Of a stretch of 10,228 nt of DNA, positions 7,172-10,228 are shown piece by piece (position 1 is the stretch's first letter; each line of letters starts with the position of its first letter). The DNA comes from a virus. Taxonomy: Duplodnaviria > Heunggongvirae > Uroviricota > Caudoviricetes. The stretch is from IMG/VR virus record IMGVR_UViG_2923302340_000004, positions 1-10,228 of that record. The stretch is one strand, 5' to 3'. The notes under the pieces are model-generated. The model saw only the letters and a program-made list of their open reading frames with translations. It had not been told where the DNA came from and did not search any database. Made by a program: the position numbers and the translations under genes.

Positions 7172-7336
7172 GCTACATAAATCCCGACCAAAGGAAGTAA
7201 ATACATTAACACGAATTATCAGCACTGAAGTTGTTACGGCATATTTTATACAACATTGCACTTGGTTGCATGTATTTGCATAGCAGACATCGGTAATAGA
7301 ATATATTCACAATTATTTGTAATGAATGTAAAGAGG

Positions 7337-8383
7337 ATGAGTATGGTTGATTTATATTCGCCTACACAGCTTGTGCAGGTGGCTAATGCTGAAGATGTGC
7401 AAAAAAAATTAAATGCGTTGTTTACCAGTTTGTTTTTCACTCGCTCGGTAATGTTTGAATCGAGAGACATTATTCTTGATACGATCGACGATCCAAATAT
7501 CCCGATCGCGGCGTTTTGCTCTCCTATGGTGGGCAGTAAAGTTTCACGAGATGAGGGATACGAATCAAAAACAATTCGTCCAGGTTATATGAAGCCGAAA
7601 AGCAGCATTGATCCAAATAAGTTAGCTGTGCGCCCTGCTGGTGTGTCACCTGAGCAATACAATGCTTTTGGGGCGCGTAATATTAAAGTTAAACAGGCGA
7701 TTGTAAATCAGGCTAAAGCTATTCGTGCACGTATTGAATGGCTTGCTGTTCAGGCAATCACAACGGGGAAAAATATCATTGAGGGCGATGGTATTGAACG
7801 TTATGAGCTGGACTGGAATATAAAACCACAAAATATCATCACTCAGTCTGGCGGTACTGAGTGGTCAGGTAAGGATAAAGAAACTTTTGATCCAAATGAT
7901 GATATTGAGAGCTACGCAGAATTTAGTGAGGGCGTCACTAATATCATCATTATGGGTGGTAATGTATGGAAGAAATACCGTTCATTCAGAGCGATAAAAG
8001 AGGCTTTGGATACCCGTCGTGGCTCTAATTCCGAACTGGAAACGGCCCTTAAAGACCTTGGTGATTCGGTGAGTTTTAAAGGGTATATGGGCGATGTTGC
8101 GATTGTTGTTTACAGCGGGCGTTATACCGACGAGGACGGAACTGAAAAATATTTCCTTGATCCTGATTTGATGGTGCTTGGCAATACGGCTCTTCAGGGG
8201 ATTGTCGCTTATGGCGGTATTCAGGATCCGGAGCTAATCCGGATGGGGCTGACTAAAGCCGAACTTGCACCGAAAAACTATATTGTGCCTGGTGATCCGG
8301 CTATTGAATATGTGCAGACACATTCAGCACCACAGCCAATACCGGCCCGCATCAATCGTTTTGTTACCGTTCGCATTGGCTAA
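7337..8383 (+). CDS. Major capsid protein, lambda gpE family
   Basis: Extensive collinear similarity to lambda gpE as I recall it: MSM start, then NIITQSGGTEWSGKDKETFDPNDDIESYA, LDTRRGSNSELETALKDLG, YMGDVAIVVYSG, MVLGNT, GDPAIEYVQTHSAP against lambda NITQSGGTEWSKRDKSTYDPTDDIEAYA, LDTRRGSNSELETAVKDLG, MYGDVAIVVYSG, MVLGNT, GDPAREFTMIQSAP. SD AAGAGGA lies at 7331-7337; the start is ATG 7337 or, with better spacing, ATG 7343. The ORF-track start at 7256 is an artefactual extension. Confidence 0.9.
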   Translation: MSMVDLYSPTQLVQVANAEDVQKKLNALFTSLFFTRSVMFESRDIILDTIDDPNIPIAAFCSPMVGSKVSRDEGYESKTIRPGYMKPKSSIDPNKLAVRPAGVSPEQYNAFGARNIKVKQAIVNQAKAIRARIEWLAVQAITTGKNIIEGDGIERYELDWNIKPQNIITQSGGTEWSGKDKETFDPNDDIESYAEFSEGVTNIIIMGGNVWKKYRSFRAIKEALDTRRGSNSELETALKDLGDSVSFKGYMGDVAIVVYSGRYTDEDGTEKYFLDPDLMVLGNTALQGIVAYGGIQDPELIRMGLTKAELAPKNYIVPGDPAIEYVQTHSAPQPIPARINRFVTVRIG

Positions 8384-8392
8384 GGGGGAGCA

Positions 8393-8734
8393 ATGGCTAC
8401 TCATTACACTGAACTCATGTCTGGCACTGAAGCACTGGTTACTACGCTGGGGATATTTTCAGCCAATAAAGGGGTAATACCTGCGTTTACGCCACTGATG
8501 CAGGAAGATGCAACTGGTGCGCTAGTGGTATGGGATGGAACGAGCGCAGGCAAAGCGGTTTATGTTTCCGCTGTACAAATCGACACAGCGAAAAAAACAC
8601 AGGCACAGGTTTATAAGACAGGTGTTTTAAATGTTGATGCTCTGAACTGGCCTGAGTCTGTAAAAGAACTGTCGGCAAAGGTTGCCGCGTTTGTTGGCTC
8701 AGGTATTTCTGTTCAGCCGCTGGCTCGTGTGTAA
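8393..8734 (+). CDS. Head decoration protein, lambda gpD family
   Basis: 113 aa. PAFTPLMQEDATGALVVWDGTSAGKAVYVSAVQ...YKTGVLNVDALNWPE...AAFVGSGISVQ aligns by eye with lambda gpD [32 protein letters not shown]...YKSGTFRYEDVLWPE...TAFAGTAISIV. Strong SD TAAGGGGGAG is coupled to the capsid gene stop. Confidence 0.8.
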   Translation: MATHYTELMSGTEALVTTLGIFSANKGVIPAFTPLMQEDATGALVVWDGTSAGKAVYVSAVQIDTAKKTQAQVYKTGVLNVDALNWPESVKELSAKVAAFVGSGISVQPLARV

Positions 8735-8745
8735 AGGGGGATACA

Positions 8746-9129
8746 ATGCAGAATCATTACAATGACCTTAAGCCAATTGCCGAAATGATGTATCCGGATC
8801 CAGCAGTAGAGGAATTAAAGGCTATTGCTGACAAAATGCGTTTAAGTGAACGCCTTGTTGATATGAATCAGGTGATGGAACTTACTACCCTTAGCCGTCG
8901 CACATTGCTAAACCTTGAGGCTCGCGGAGAGTTCCCCGAACGCGTACAGGTTACGGAAGGGCGTAAGGCCTGGTATTTAAGTGAAGTGATCGACTGGATA
9001 AACAATATTCCTCGAGCTTCTGAATATTGCCGCGTACCTGTCCCAAAAAAGCCAGATGCGGCGCTATGCCTCAAGATTGAGCGTGTACGCCGCAATGCAT
9101 GGGATGGTCGCTATAAGCTGATTGGTTGA
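8746..9129 (+). CDS. Second AlpA-like / excisionase-type HTH protein with N- and C-terminal extensions
   Basis: 127 aa. Central segment VDMNQVMELTTLSRRTLLNLEARGEFPERVQVTEGRKAWYLSEVIDWINN matches the AlpA/HTH_17 signature (TGLSRSTIYRL...G.FP.P...G.R...W...E...W). SD TAAAGGGGGA is coupled to the gpD-like stop. Lies immediately upstream of the cos site. Confidence 0.65.
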   Translation: MQNHYNDLKPIAEMMYPDPAVEELKAIADKMRLSERLVDMNQVMELTTLSRRTLLNLEARGEFPERVQVTEGRKAWYLSEVIDWINNIPRASEYCRVPVPKKPDAALCLKIERVRRNAWDGRYKLIG

Positions 9130-9182
9130 TGAAATTAGGGCCCGTTCTGGCTGGCGGGTCCTTTCCGGCGATCCGGTAGGCT

Positions 9183-9230
9183 ACGGGGCGGCGACCTTGC
9201 GGATTTTCGCTATTTATGAGCCTTTTCGGG
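9183..9230. other. cos site: lambda-type cosN (12-nt cohesive-end sequence GGGCGGCGACCT at 9186-9197) with flanking sequence, followed by a divergent cosB-like region
   Basis: ACGGGGCGGCGACCTTGCGGATTTTCGCTATTTATGAGCCTTTTCGGG is near-identical over ~35 nt to the lambda left end GGGCGGCGACCTCGCGGGTTTTCGCTATTTATGAAAATTTTCCGG (from memory). It sits ~135-150 nt upstream of the Nu1-like gene, as in lambda. Sequence beyond ~9220 diverges from lambda cosB. Confidence 0.75.
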
Positions 9231-9330
9231 TTGGTGGTGGTGGTTTTGTTTTTCGCTCTATCTCTATGAATAAAAAGGGAAAGATAACACCAACACACCA
9301 ACCTGAAACCTTAACTAAGTGGGGATATTG

Positions 9331-9873
9331 ATGAAATCGCACCTGATGAACAAAAAAACTATGGCGCAAAGCTGCCGCGTAAGTGCGACAGCGTTCGACA
9401 AGTGGGGAGTAACTCCCGTTGAGCGTAAAGGCCGTGAGGCGTTTTATGATGTTGCTAGCGTGATAGACAATAGGGTTAACAATGCAATTAACCAGCTTAC
9501 AAACGACAAAGGCGAGATTGATGATGATGAACTTTTACGCGTAAGAATCAGATTAATGACGGCCCAGGCGGAAGCGCAGGAACTTAAAAACGAGCGCGAA
9601 CGCGGCGAGGTGATTGATACAAAGTTTTGCATCTACGCGATTTCAAAACTAGCGAGTCAGATTTCATCAATCATGGACAGCCTCCCGCTCACAATGCAAA
9701 GGCGCTTTCCCGATATAAAGCCGTATATGCTGGATGAACTAAAAAGGGAAATAGCCAAAGCATGTAACGCATGTGCAAGACTTGACGAAAACCTGCCACA
9801 GATACTGGCTGATTACCTGATGGAAACTACCGGAAACGCGCCTGAGAAGTTGCTAGAGAACAAAGGCGAGTAA
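9331..9873 (+). CDS. Terminase small subunit, lambda Nu1 family (satellite TerS / packaging-redirection candidate)
   Basis: RLMTAQAEAQELKNERERGEVIDTKFCIYAISKLASQISSIMDSLPLTMQRRFPDI matches lambda Nu1 RLTRAQADAQELKNARDSAEVVETAFCTFVLSRIAGEIASILDGLPLSVQRRFPEL. The N-terminus MNKKTMAQ... corresponds to the Nu1 wHTH start MEVNKKQLAD. GGGGA SD precedes ATG 9331; alternative ATG at 9346; the ORF-track start is GTG 9319. Confidence 0.85.
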   Translation: MKSHLMNKKTMAQSCRVSATAFDKWGVTPVERKGREAFYDVASVIDNRVNNAINQLTNDKGEIDDDELLRVRIRLMTAQAEAQELKNERERGEVIDTKFCIYAISKLASQISSIMDSLPLTMQRRFPDIKPYMLDELKREIAKACNACARLDENLPQILADYLMETTGNAPEKLLENKGE

Positions 9874-9946
9874 CCGCCGCCCCGTAACGGGCCATAATTC
9901 CAGGAAGGACCCGACGACACCAGGCTATCAGAACGATGAGGGCACA

Positions 9947-10228
9947 ATGACTGAAGCCGAACTACTGGGATTAATCCGCCGCGTCGTCGGAATCAGCCAG
10001 CAGCATGACGAACAGGCCACACAGCCGGACAGCGTGACCGCTGAAAATTATGTGCGTGTTGTTGCTGAGGTGATGCGCCGTGATGGTATTGAGCTTAACG
10101 GCGTGGATATGCGCAACATACGAACAAGAGTCCTTGAGTTGCTGGCATACCGTCGCCGTTCTCAACAACGGAGGGAGAGCGCGAAAAATACTTACCAGTG
10201 GAAGAAGCCGGAACGGTTGCGGCGGTAG
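9947..10228 (+). CDS. Hypothetical small basic protein downstream of TerS
   Basis: 93-aa ORF with GAGGG SD 6 nt upstream of ATG 9947; stop TAG at 10226-10228 is the last codon of the window. Arg-rich C-terminus. No similarity I can recognise to the lambda gpA N-terminus. Confidence 0.45.
   Translation: MTEAELLGLIRRVVGISQQHDEQATQPDSVTAENYVRVVAEVMRRDGIELNGVDMRNIRTRVLELLAYRRRSQQRRESAKNTYQWKKPERLRR

Larger units (their letters stand above)
1..10228. mobile_element. Phage satellite / phage-inducible chromosomal island (PICI- or P4-like), apparently parasitising a lambdoid cos-type helper; the window may not contain both ends
   Basis: Co-linear integrase, AlpA, primase/NTPase, iteron origin, then capsid E/D homologs, a cos site and a Nu1-like TerS, with no tail, portal or large-terminase genes in the window. 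Integrase begins at window position 1, so attL and any tRNA target lie outside. Confidence 0.7.

Noticed and set aside
7222-7252. P2/P4-type late promoter activator site (TGT-N12-ACA) upstream of the capsid gene
   Set aside because: Only a TGT-N15-ACA arrangement was found, not the N12 spacing, and a lambdoid helper would not use Ogr/Delta-type activation.
7256-7336. Upstream extension of the capsid ORF (start at 7256)
   Set aside because: Lambda gpE and this protein both begin MSM..., an SD (AAGAGGA) sits at 7331-7337, and the extension covers the TTGCA repeat region; the real start is 7337 or 7343.
9122-9331. 69-aa + strand ORF
   Set aside because: Lies across the cos site and the cosB-like region. 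Gly-rich translation of a non-coding packaging signal.
9874-9946. Rho-independent terminator after the Nu1-like gene
   Set aside because: Only a short imperfect GC stem (GCCCCG-TAA-CGGGC) with no following U-tract; insufficient.

Overview
The window reads as most of a ~10 kb integrative phage satellite (PICI / P4-like chromosomal island) from an enterobacterial genome, with nearly all genes on the + strand. Order: P4-type tyrosine integrase (1-1428), an AT-rich cargo gene (1415-2101), an AlpA-family HTH gene (2243-2431), a small regulatory cluster with a minus-strand ribbon-helix-helix gene and an Icd-like gene, two small ORFs translationally coupled to a large primase/P-loop NTPase replication gene (3962-6085), an iteron-type origin (6117-6424), a small ORF plus an SSB-like gene, a lambda gpE-like major capsid gene (7337-8383), a gpD-like decoration gene (8393-8734), a second AlpA-like HTH gene, a lambda-type cos site (cosN GGGCGGCGACCT at 9186-9197), a Nu1-like small terminase gene (9331-9873) and a final small ORF. 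The most notable point is that a satellite-type core (int/alpA/primase/ori) is combined with its own lambdoid capsid, decoration, cos and TerS functions, while no portal, protease/scaffold, large terminase or tail genes are visible in the window. No rRNA, tRNA or CRISPR was seen. All homology statements come from reading motifs against remembered reference proteins (lambda gpE, gpD, Nu1, E. coli SSB, AlpA, P4-type integrases); no database search or computation was run, so family assignments need confirmation.
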